DNA from: an uncultured virus (IMG/VR IMGVR_UViG_3300037067_020960)
Lineage: Duplodnaviria; Heunggongvirae; Uroviricota; Caudoviricetes
IMG/VR virus record: IMGVR_UViG_3300037067_020960
Direction: 5' to 3' (one strand)
DNA: 64,000 nt
In this document: piece by piece, positions 28,320 through 37,883 of the stretch
Position numbering within the stretch: position 1 is the stretch's first letter
Layout: each line of letters opens with the position of its first letter
Notes under the pieces: model-generated
Databases searched by the model: none
What the model saw: only the letters and a program-made list of their open reading frames with translations
Told to the model about the DNA's origin: nothing
Program-made: the position numbers and the translations under genes

Positions 28320-31300
28320 TTAAACTTCTTTTACATATTTAAAGCTTTTAATCGATGTTTTCATCAATGGCGTAAGTGTTAGAAATTCTCCATAGATAAT
28401 TGCATTAGAATATCTGATGTTAGAAATTTCATTATCATAATTAGATAAATTTCTATTTATAATCTTAAAATAATCATCAAATGATAAATTAAATCCTTGC
28501 TGGTATAATGCCTTTAAGGCATTTTCTTCTCCATTTGCATTTTTCCAAATAATATATTTTTGTCTGAAAATACTATCTTGTGAAATTTCAAATACTTTAT
28601 TAGCCTTCGATTTTTCATCATAAAATTCATTAAATAATGTGAACCAATTATCAGATGGATCCCACATTATGTCTGGTCTTGCTGACCATTTACGCATCAT
28701 TGCTTGGCTAATTCTATCTATTTTTGTATCATAATACGAATCTTCCCATATTATCTCTTCGGGCAATCCAATTAAATGTGGTTTATCATCCCTTGACACT
28801 GTTATTTTTAATGTATCTGGGCAATTCCATCTATTATGATATCTTAGTTCAAATTCATATCTTCCCAATTTTGGACTTGGCATATAAAAATAAAATTCGT
28901 GCAAATTTGTAGTCCCTAACGTGTATTCTGTATAAGATGTAGAAAATTGTTGATAATCAGTTCTTGGATAAAATTTCAAATATAATCCATAAGTAATGTT
29001 CGCATTTTCTGATAATTTATCTAAATCTTTAAAATATAAAAGAATTGATCTTTTATTATTTGTGTTATAAACAAATTGAGGAACAGACAATGCATTTCCC
29101 ATATATTCTTTCATCTTCAAATTAAAAAATAAATCTGGTTCATTTGGTAATTCAGTGATATTTCTAGGAGTAAATATTACACTTGTGTCCGGAATTTTAG
29201 TTCCATCACTTCCATAACTACTTGAATATCCATGAATATATTTGGCACGATCTAATTCTTCATAATTTTTTATTTCATATAATTCAGGAGATAAATATAA
29301 TCTTTTATGAAGATTTGGTAGTGGCTTTTCGAAAATTGTATTCGAACTTAACCATTTATATTTTTTATGAATAAATCTATCCAATTCTTCTTCTCTTACA
29401 GTAGATCGAATTGGACTGTCATTATATTCATTCCAATTATAAAATTTACCTTCTCCAAATTCATATTCTAAATTACGTATTTCTTTTGATTTTTTAATAT
29501 TTGTCAATTGGATGAAATGACTTTCATCTTTGTTGGATAATGTATAATAATTTCCGACAATTACATAGGGCAACACTGCAGATGCTGTAAAAAATTTATT
29601 ATCATAAATATAAGTTCTTATAGAACGAAATAATGGTTTTTTATCATAAAAAATCTTATCATCATGATTTGTTTTTTTGATTCTATAATCAGTTAATAAA
29701 CTTCCAGGAACTATATTGTCATATTGATCTACTCGAGGAATCTGAGATCTTTGTAAAATAATTTTATTTTCCAAAAATTGCACAACATCTATTTCCGGAC
29801 TCCAATCTCTTGTTTCTGGATCTATAAATGAAACTGTGTAAGTATCGGATTCGATCATATTTGTGAAATTCAAATTAATATCAAATAATTCATTTCCCAC
29901 GATATAAGCTCTGGATCTGATCCAGACAAAATTATAAACAGCATTAAATTGTTGCCATGAATGATTTACTAATTTATGACCAAAAATATCTTTGATTAAT
30001 ACATTATCTGCATCTGAAAATTTATTTGATAGAATAACTGATGGTTGTCCATACCAAATTTTTGATTGCACTTCATCATTATTGTCTATTTCGAATTCTA
30101 TTTTACGAATATTTCCATCACTACTGCAATATACAACATATGGATATTGATTATAGATATAGTAAGGTTTTATTCCTGTTGTATATGAATTGAATTGAAA
30201 GTAAAATAATGTTTTAAATTCTGACAAAATTTTTGACGTTTGAAATTTTACTCGTTGAACATCATCCATTATGATTAAATCATTTTTTAATAATCTATCA
30301 CTAATTGTAAATCCTGCAATCCCATTACAAAAACAATATTTTTCATTTGCTGTGGCAATATATGATTTGATTCCTATATTTTCTTGTTGTAAATATAAAT
30401 TAGCTTTTGTATATTCTATATTAATTGTTTCATCTTTATTTTCAATATATAATTTGAAATGTTCTCCGTAAGATCTATCCACAAAATAATGTGCAATTTG
30501 GTTTTTTGTTTCAAATAATTGATATGGTGTTGATTCATATTCTTCTGGTTCGTTTTTCCATTTGTAATATTCCACAATGTAATTACCATTATTTAAAATA
30601 GCTAATGTATGTAAACTTCTTGTATTATTGAAATTGCTTAATTGGGCTGCATATCGAATAACAACTGATTCTTTACTGTAAATGTGAATTGTTTGAACTG
30701 ACACCAATGGATTTGAAACATTAATCACTGTTCTGAATCTATTAATTTCTTCATGTCTTGAATAATCAGAACATAACAACATTAAATCTATTGATAAATC
30801 TGAATTTCTGATTAATCGCAATGAATTCAAAATATTGGAATCGGTAATCAATCTATCGGGATTTTCTAATGTTTCATCGAGCACTGTAAACTTAGGCAAA
30901 TTATCAATCGATCCCAAATCATAAAGTTCGGCAATTATCTTTAAATAATGATGATTACAATCATTCTTGTCGATATCCCCTACATCCGATATTATTTTGA
31001 ACATCTTGAACGATGGCACTGCAGTTCTCATTTGACCAATTGCATATCCTTGATATGTGACTTCCGTTCCGGAAATTACTTTACTCAAGACAATTTTGGG
31101 GAAATCGATGATATCATAATGTTCGTGATTTGAAATATAAACTTCCCTAATTTTTTCCCATTCTAACCAAGTTGATTCTAAATTTGTTGTGTGATCTGAT
31201 TTTTTATATGACACCAAATATGAATGTTCATTATCTCTTTTTGTAATAATTAAATAATCATATCTGTAAAAATTTCCATCAATATCTTTATCTTCTGGAT

Positions 31301-34300
31301 TGAATCCTTTTACAATCTGAACATTAATTTCTTCGAATTCTGGAAGATTCATGTCTCCCAATACTTTCCAGGTAATTCCAAAATCTTCTGTTTTAATCAA
31401 CTTTGTAATCCCATCAAATGAAATGATGAGATAAAAAATATTCTTGGAATATCCTTCTCTGAAATCATCAAAGGGATTAATCACGAATGTCTTTATTGGT
31501 TTTGATGCGCCAATTCCTAATTCAGCAATTTCTAGAATTGATACTTCGCCAAATTCTACATATTGATCATAAAATCCAGTAGAACGACTATAAAATAATT
31601 TCCACACAAAATCAATTTGTCTTGTATAAAAACATAGATGAGTGTAACCAATTATTTGAGATGGTAATGTCATTGTTCCATCGTTTATGGCATAAGTAAA
31701 TTTAATAGGTTGACGAAGTATTTTATCTTGTTTGAAGTTTCGGCTATTATCTTTTATTTGAGATTGCATTGGTGGCTGCAAATCTGTAACTGAGATCCCT
31801 ATGTCGAAAAGCGGAACATTACCAGATAAAAATTTTGTTCCATAAAATCCATCATACGCTGTTGTGTAGCTTTTGTTGCCAAATAATGAATAATCATATA
31901 AACCAGCATGAGATATTCCAATATCGGGTAACAACCGAAGCAATTTGAATGGAGATTCAAAATGAATTATTTGATCTGATAAAAATTGCGTTGCGCCAGA
32001 ACTATCGGTAAATAAAATCGAATCTGAATAAGCAATGAGTGCACTATGAAATTGGCGTTGTATAGAGATAAAGAAAAACGTTCTAGAGACGTTTTGTTTA
32101 TCATTAAAGGTAAACCTGTTATAGCCAGTCTTTTTTTGTTCTAGTGACGTATACGAAAGCGTATGGTCATATCCTGTGGGGGATAAAAGAGGAAATGATA
32201 GAATTTCATGTTGTTTTGGTTCGGAATCGAGGAATCTCCCCTCTCTAATTCTCATTTTATAAAGTTTTTCCCTGCTCGTTTGATTATTCAATTTATCAGG
32301 AGAGGCAATATCTTCATTTAGCATTTTATGAATCTTCGTAATTATATCTGTTGAATCATATTCCCATTCAGTCAACATTTTTCCACCATATATAAGAAAC
32401 ACTTCAGTACCAACATATTCGATATCCAAGGGGTATTTTATTGCATTTTCCCAAGATTCATTTTGAAAAATAGTTGGTGAACTTGGACTTATTGATTGTC
32501 TAATCCATTTAATTCCATCATAATAAAATGAGGAAATTCTACCAGAGAAATTAATAGTGTCTTTTATAATTCCTATACAAACAATCACCCATCGATTATT
32601 TGTGATATCCCAATAAACAACAGGAGATATTAAAGCAATTTCACCATTTTTAAAATCTGGATTTGCAATAAATTGCATATTTATAAGAATCAGAGTTCCA
32701 TCTGCATTTAATCCTGATAATCCATAAAGTGAAGCAGTTTTATAAGAATCCCCATGAATACTACTACTTATAGAAATAACATATTGATTTCCATGAATTG
32801 CATCAATAGTTGGTTTAAATGAATAAATATTCTGTTCTTGCAAATATTGAGTTTCAATTAATTCAAAATAATTTTCATCTTCAGGATAAGGATTAACTGA
32901 ATCAATTTTTAATCTATAAGTAGAAAGTCCTATATTACCACGATCTTTTCTAGAATTAATACAATAAACAAATTTAGAATCATTAATAACCAAACCTTTT
33001 GGATTATAAATGTGATCTAACTTTCTTTCTCGTATAAAAAAATGTTCACTAGATACACTATAATACATTAAACTTGTAGATAATTTATTCAAATCAGATA
33101 TAAATATATTTTCTGAACCAGCATCATTAGTTGTGCTAATAAATATATTTCCAGGAGTTGGGATTATTGATAAATCCGGAAAATGTCCTTGTAATAAATC
33201 AGGAGCAAGATTTTCAATGAATTCTTGATAATCAAAACAATTGTAAATTGATTTATCTGAAGCATATAAAAGATAATGAGTTTCATATCCTGCTAATTCT
33301 TTAGAATTTTTTTCAATAATGAAATCGTTTTTTGAATATGCTCCAATCTTTCCACATTGATCAGTAGCAAAATAAATAACATTTTGATGTCCTGTGAAAG
33401 AAGTTTGAGATAATAATTGGTTAGTAATAATATAAAGAGCATCCCAAGTGGGTTCTGGTAAATCACCTCCAGAACTAAATCCTATATTTTGAATCGCTGT
33501 TTTCGCAGCAGCATAACCAACATTTTGCACATGTATTTTTACCCACCCATTCGTAGGATCTGTGATCAATGACGGATTGTATGCGTAACTCGGATCGTCA
33601 TCTTCAAATGAAACAACGGAAATATTTAGATAGGTTGCCGTAGAATAATGTTTATCTAGAATCGAAATCAATTTATCTTTATAACTTTGTAATTCTTCAA
33701 AAGTTGAAGCGGTATTATCCATTACTAAAACTAAATTGACATCAATTATTGATTTCCAAGGATAATTTTTTTCAATTCCCTGAGGAATTTCAGGTAAAAT
33801 ATTTGGAGCATCAGAAAATTTCAATAATTTTTTTTCAATATAATCATCGTAAAGTTTATTTGAAACAATTACTAATTTTTCTTCTGTTAATTTCCCATTT
33901 ATTTCAGCTTGTTTAAGTACTAACATTCGTTTTTTATTATTTTCATCAGTTATAAAAATATTTAATAAACTTCCAGAAAAATTACCATCTGTATACCAAT
34001 CATTAACAGAAGTAGAAGTTCGTTTTGAATTTTTATAAAATTCCTGATTAAATCCATTAATAGTACAAGGATTTGAATATTCATAATCATCAAAATTCGG
34101 ATCATTATATTTTTTGATTTGCACTTCTATAGAATCAGACCATATTTTAAGATCTGATGATTTTGTGACCATTAATTTTTTTGTATTTTGATCTATGTAA
34201 TAAATAAAAAAATATCCTGTTGTATCAACAGATTGATCTGGAATGCAATTTATATTCGTATCAGTATCAATTATTTCTGGCGGTCTATATAAAAATACAT

Positions 34301-34829
34301 ATTCACATTTTAGAGGTTCTTGTAATCCAGTAAAAATAATTGATTTTTTTATATCTTCAGCAGGAAACAATAACGGAATACCTTCTGGAGTTCTTTCTAT
34401 CCAAGTCACTCCGTCATTACAATAAGCAGTATGAACTTTTATTAATTCTGAATCTAATTTGGCCAATTCATCTTCAATTTCAGATTTTGATCTCATTAAT
34501 CTATTATCATCAATTTCTATCCAAACAGTATAAGCAACCTTATCTCGACCATAAGCAATTCTTCTACCGCACATATATTTACCAGGAGCTCCATAAACAG
34601 AATTACAATAAGGAATCAACTTTTTATTTTCGTCAAGATAACCAGCCATAAATATAGAATAGCCATCATAGAATTCAGTCCAATGAATAATTTCTGTAAA
34701 AAATTTCCATAATGGGAATGTGGCATCAAGAGTCAGAAATAATGGTTCATTATCTTTATCAGATTGAACTACTATATCTCCTTTGCGAAAATCTTGATCT
34801 TTTAAATTGTGATTAAATGTGTGCAACAT
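28320..34829 (-). CDS. Very large protein with a vWA domain and Asp-box-like motifs (probable virion/tail-associated protein)
   Basis: 2169 aa; LVLVMDNTAS...GGDLPE...DAL...FATD (MIDAS-like); CNDGVTW, TEDFGITW. Confidence 0.65.
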   Translation of the reverse strand: MLHTFNHNLKDQDFRKGDIVVQSDKDNEPLFLTLDATFPLWKFFTEIIHWTEFYDGYSIFMAGYLDENKKLIPYCNSVYGAPGKYMCGRRIAYGRDKVAYTVWIEIDDNRLMRSKSEIEDELAKLDSELIKVHTAYCNDGVTWIERTPEGIPLLFPAEDIKKSIIFTGLQEPLKCEYVFLYRPPEIIDTDTNINCIPDQSVDTTGYFFIYYIDQNTKKLMVTKSSDLKIWSDSIEVQIKKYNDPNFDDYEYSNPCTINGFNQEFYKNSKRTSTSVNDWYTDGNFSGSLLNIFITDENNKKRMLVLKQAEINGKLTEEKLVIVSNKLYDDYIEKKLLKFSDAPNILPEIPQGIEKNYPWKSIIDVNLVLVMDNTASTFEELQSYKDKLISILDKHYSTATYLNISVVSFEDDDPSYAYNPSLITDPTNGWVKIHVQNVGYAAAKTAIQNIGFSSGGDLPEPTWDALYIITNQLLSQTSFTGHQNVIYFATDQCGKIGAYSKNDFIIEKNSKELAGYETHYLLYASDKSIYNCFDYQEFIENLAPDLLQGHFPDLSIIPTPGNIFISTTNDAGSENIFISDLNKLSTSLMYYSVSSEHFFIRERKLDHIYNPKGLVINDSKFVYCINSRKDRGNIGLSTYRLKIDSVNPYPEDENYFELIETQYLQEQNIYSFKPTIDAIHGNQYVISISSSIHGDSYKTASLYGLSGLNADGTLILINMQFIANPDFKNGEIALISPVVYWDITNNRWVIVCIGIIKDTINFSGRISSFYYDGIKWIRQSISPSSPTIFQNESWENAIKYPLDIEYVGTEVFLIYGGKMLTEWEYDSTDIITKIHKMLNEDIASPDKLNNQTSREKLYKMRIREGRFLDSEPKQHEILSFPLLSPTGYDHTLSYTSLEQKKTGYNRFTFNDKQNVSRTFFFISIQRQFHSALIAYSDSILFTDSSGATQFLSDQIIHFESPFKLLRLLPDIGISHAGLYDYSLFGNKSYTTAYDGFYGTKFLSGNVPLFDIGISVTDLQPPMQSQIKDNSRNFKQDKILRQPIKFTYAINDGTMTLPSQIIGYTHLCFYTRQIDFVWKLFYSRSTGFYDQYVEFGEVSILEIAELGIGASKPIKTFVINPFDDFREGYSKNIFYLIISFDGITKLIKTEDFGITWKVLGDMNLPEFEEINVQIVKGFNPEDKDIDGNFYRYDYLIITKRDNEHSYLVSYKKSDHTTNLESTWLEWEKIREVYISNHEHYDIIDFPKIVLSKVISGTEVTYQGYAIGQMRTAVPSFKMFKIISDVGDIDKNDCNHHYLKIIAELYDLGSIDNLPKFTVLDETLENPDRLITDSNILNSLRLIRNSDLSIDLMLLCSDYSRHEEINRFRTVINVSNPLVSVQTIHIYSKESVVIRYAAQLSNFNNTRSLHTLAILNNGNYIVEYYKWKNEPEEYESTPYQLFETKNQIAHYFVDRSYGEHFKLYIENKDETINIEYTKANLYLQQENIGIKSYIATANEKYCFCNGIAGFTISDRLLKNDLIIMDDVQRVKFQTSKILSEFKTLFYFQFNSYTTGIKPYYIYNQYPYVVYCSSDGNIRKIEFEIDNNDEVQSKIWYGQPSVILSNKFSDADNVLIKDIFGHKLVNHSWQQFNAVYNFVWIRSRAYIVGNELFDINLNFTNMIESDTYTVSFIDPETRDWSPEIDVVQFLENKIILQRSQIPRVDQYDNIVPGSLLTDYRIKKTNHDDKIFYDKKPLFRSIRTYIYDNKFFTASAVLPYVIVGNYYTLSNKDESHFIQLTNIKKSKEIRNLEYEFGEGKFYNWNEYNDSPIRSTVREEELDRFIHKKYKWLSSNTIFEKPLPNLHKRLYLSPELYEIKNYEELDRAKYIHGYSSSYGSDGTKIPDTSVIFTPRNITELPNEPDLFFNLKMKEYMGNALSVPQFVYNTNNKRSILLYFKDLDKLSENANITYGLYLKFYPRTDYQQFSTSYTEYTLGTTNLHEFYFYMPSPKLGRYEFELRYHNRWNCPDTLKITVSRDDKPHLIGLPEEIIWEDSYYDTKIDRISQAMMRKWSARPDIMWDPSDNWFTLFNEFYDEKSKANKVFEISQDSIFRQKYIIWKNANGEENALKALYQQGFNLSFDDYFKIINRNLSNYDNEISNIRYSNAIIYGEFLTLTPLMKTSIKSFKYVKEV

Positions 34830-34845
34830 GAAGAAAGTATAAGTT

Positions 34846-35319
34846 TCACATCAATCTTGGGCGATCTATTTCAAACACCAAAATTGCTTGATCATAACGA
34901 TCTCCAGTAGTACGACTTTTCTTTTTACTTGGACCGCCATGAGCCATTTTGTAAGCTAATTCTTCAAAAGATTTTGTATCTTCTTTTTCTATTAAAGTTT
35001 CATCAGAAACTTCTTTCCTTCTAAAATCGAAATAAACTGTTGGGAATTCCATATCTTCATCATCTTCAACAGTTATTTTGTAAGCAATTGGAAATTTATG
35101 TGTTTTACCATCATCGAATTTCAAAAGAACACAATGATTCATATAATCATTTTGAAATTCTGTTAATATTCCATTGCCTATCAGATTATTGTTCAACAAA
35201 ATAGTAATTTTGTATCCTTTTGAATTTTCAAGATATTTTATTCCATCAGTTCTCGTTTTTTCTGATTCGGTTAAAACATTTTGAATTACCCCATCGAATT
35301 GTCTTGAATTATTTAACAT
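34846..35319 (-). CDS. Hypothetical protein
   Basis: 157 aa; GGAG RBS. Confidence 0.7.
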   Translation of the reverse strand: MLNNSRQFDGVIQNVLTESEKTRTDGIKYLENSKGYKITILLNNNLIGNGILTEFQNDYMNHCVLLKFDDGKTHKFPIAYKITVEDDEDMEFPTVYFDFRRKEVSDETLIEKEDTKSFEELAYKMAHGGPSKKKSRTTGDRYDQAILVFEIDRPRLM

Positions 35320-35644
35320 TCTTTTTATCTCCTTCTTTTATTATTTTTTCCATTTCTCCTTTTATTTCTGGAAACAGATAAAAAAATTCATCATCTGTAT
35401 ATAATTCCAGAGAACATAAAAATTTATAAATGATAGCGATTGATCCGATTCTATTGATTAGATATACTTTAGCGGCAGAATCTAAGATTAAATTAATCTG
35501 TTTGTTAATTTCTTCAGAATAATTTGTAAGTGCTTTTGTAACTTTATTTTTGATATTGAAAAATTTCTGATCAGGAACAGCTTGCGTGCTTGGGTTTAAT
35601 TTACTTTTTTCATTGACATCATGTGATCCAAATGTCTGTCGCAT
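35309..35644 (-). CDS. Hypothetical protein
   Basis: 111 aa; overlaps both neighbours in operon fashion. Confidence 0.65.
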   Translation of the reverse strand: MRQTFGSHDVNEKSKLNPSTQAVPDQKFFNIKNKVTKALTNYSEEINKQINLILDSAAKVYLINRIGSIAIIYKFLCSLELYTDDEFFYLFPEIKGEMEKIIKEGDKKNVK

Positions 35645-35843
35645 TACGATATCTTGCTTCTATTTGTTTTAATTTTTCAGTTTCACTAGATAATTCATTT
35701 AAAAGACCTAAATCAGTCGTTAATTTACCTTGTGAATTTATATCAGTTGAAGGAATAACATGATTTTTAAGATAAGTCAAATCATCTTGAATGGTTGCTA
35801 TCTTACTTGAAAACGAATCTAAAATTTCTGCATCTGTAGCCAT
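35619..35843 (-). CDS. Small hypothetical protein (probably leaderless)
   Basis: 74 aa; TTAAAATT-N5-ATG. Confidence 0.65.
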   Translation of the reverse strand: MATDAEILDSFSSKIATIQDDLTYLKNHVIPSTDINSQGKLTTDLGLLNELSSETEKLKQIEARYRNATDIWIT

Positions 35844-35862
35844 ACTAGAATTTTAACCCATC

Positions 35863-36816
35863 TTAATCAAAGTTTACAGACTTTTTTTCACCAGTCCCTC
35901 CAGAAATTATTGGAGCTGGAGGTTTTATACTATCTGCTTCTTTTTTCTTTCTTGGTTTCAAAGGTAAAGGTTTTTCTTCTGTAGAAGGTTCTGACACTTT
36001 TTCTTCAACCTTTTCTTTTATTTCCGGGACTTCTGTTTTATCTTTTAGATAAACATCAGCACTTGGTCTATGATTTAATACGTCATCTTGATAATATTTC
36101 GTAAGTCTTGTTTTATCAACAACAAATGTATTTTCAAACAATGATTTTCCATTCTCATGATTATATTTGATCCAAGCAAATTGCCATAAAATGAATTTTC
36201 CATTCGAATCAATTGGTCCTAACCATCTTCTATGAAGATCGTGAAGATTTTCAACATTTTCATACATAGATTTCGGAATCAAATATGCATCAAATTTTAT
36301 TGCATACCATTCTGGAGTTTTATACGCCTTGATCCCATGTTGTTTAAAATATTGATCACAGCTCCCAACAGTTTCTTTTTGACTTGTCGGAGGAAATGAA
36401 GCATTTGGTTCGGGAATTGCCTTTGTGAATTCATCGGGGACTTCAACTTTTACCTTCTGCTTTTCTTCTTTTTGTTGCGATTTCGGTTCCGTTTTTTGTT
36501 CTGTACGAGCTTTTGCTTCATCAATAATTTTTTGCATCGCAGCATCAACTGCTGGTGCAGTGTCTTGAATTTTTCCCACAGCTTCAGTGATTTCCTCAGA
36601 AGTGACTTCTCTTGGATCTTTTGAAATTTGAGTTGCGGTAAATACAGGTGCTGCTGGTGCTTTCCAATTGCAGGATGTTAAAAATTGATTTACCAATTCA
36701 TAAGCTTTTTCTTCAAAATCAAATCCCACACGTTTTTCAATTCCATCAATTATTTTTGTTTTAATAAAAACAAGTTTTTTTAATTCATCAAGAAAATTAT
36801 CAATTTCAATCCCCAT
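35863..36816 (-). CDS. Hypothetical protein with low-complexity K/E/P linkers
   Basis: 317 aa; AAGGAG RBS; last gene of the glycosyltransferase operon. Confidence 0.7.
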   Translation of the reverse strand: MGIEIDNFLDELKKLVFIKTKIIDGIEKRVGFDFEEKAYELVNQFLTSCNWKAPAAPVFTATQISKDPREVTSEEITEAVGKIQDTAPAVDAAMQKIIDEAKARTEQKTEPKSQQKEEKQKVKVEVPDEFTKAIPEPNASFPPTSQKETVGSCDQYFKQHGIKAYKTPEWYAIKFDAYLIPKSMYENVENLHDLHRRWLGPIDSNGKFILWQFAWIKYNHENGKSLFENTFVVDKTRLTKYYQDDVLNHRPSADVYLKDKTEVPEIKEKVEEKVSEPSTEEKPLPLKPRKKKEADSIKPPAPIISGGTGEKKSVNFD

Positions 36817-36818
36817 TA

Positions 36819-37883
36819 TTATACTCCTTTATAAAATTCACAAAGTTGTTTAACAACTTTCTTCGAATCGTGATTATTTAATATGTCTATACCCGATTTT
36901 AGTTTTGCTAGACGAAAAGAATCATCTTTAAGTAATAAATTTATTTTTTCAGCGATTTCAATTGGATTTTCTCTATTGCAAGCAACCACTGCATTTTGCG
37001 TATAAGAACCACACCATGTAATATCAACAACCGGAACACACATATATTTCCATCCCTCAAGCATTGTATATTCTGTGCCGTCTCCATCATTTTTTAATTT
37101 GGTAAAATTTGTCAACACCTTTGCTTCTTCATACAAGGGTTTTTTATTGACCAATTTGAATTCTCCAAAATGATGGATATTTGAACAAGTAAAATTTGGT
37201 TCCTTCATACATGCAAGCACATAAAATCCACCACTGTATCCATAGATATTCAATTCGCCCTTTATTTTATCAGCCGATTGAATCAATTTGTGGGTAGCTT
37301 TTACAGAACAAACTCTGGAAGTTGAAACAATCAAATTTTTCTTTATTGAATTGATATCCATCATATCTTCAAGAGATATTAGATGTGGGATATATGGCAT
37401 TCCTTTATCAGTCGAAATTGTTTTTCTGATTGTATATGTAGCACAACAAAATTTGGCAAATTCTTTACAATAAGGTAACGGACTTCTTTCAAGATAATCA
37501 GGATTACTATGCCATACGCCAATAATTTTGGTCTTAACTTTTGAAAAAATATCAAAATAAAATGGAACACTTGATTTCTGATGGAGTTTCCAATGTTCTT
37601 GATCAATTGCATAATCTCCGAAATCAACCAATTGAATTAGATCGTAAGAATTTAATTTATTGACTAAATCAGGATCTTCCCAAAAAAAAACCTTCATTCC
37701 ATCAACCCACATGGCATTTCTTTTGATTTGTTCGAAAATATTGGCACGTTTAGGTTTCTTTTTTAATAAGGCAAAATCAATTTCGGCATTTGTGTATTGT
37801 GTCAAACCTCTGAATAATTCAAGTGCCCAAGTTTCAGCACCGCCAACTTTCCAATCTTTTAATCCTGCAATAAGAATTTTCAT
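36819..37883 (-). CDS. GT-B glycosyltransferase, T4 alpha-glucosyltransferase-like
   Basis: GGAETWALE; SR...K; GTEYTMLEGWKYMCVPVV resembles the AGT/GT4 E-x3-E donor-binding motif. Confidence 0.75.
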   Translation of the reverse strand: MKILIAGLKDWKVGGAETWALELFRGLTQYTNAEIDFALLKKKPKRANIFEQIKRNAMWVDGMKVFFWEDPDLVNKLNSYDLIQLVDFGDYAIDQEHWKLHQKSSVPFYFDIFSKVKTKIIGVWHSNPDYLERSPLPYCKEFAKFCCATYTIRKTISTDKGMPYIPHLISLEDMMDINSIKKNLIVSTSRVCSVKATHKLIQSADKIKGELNIYGYSGGFYVLACMKEPNFTCSNIHHFGEFKLVNKKPLYEEAKVLTNFTKLKNDGDGTEYTMLEGWKYMCVPVVDITWCGSYTQNAVVACNRENPIEIAEKINLLLKDDSFRLAKLKSGIDILNNHDSKKVVKQLCEFYKGV

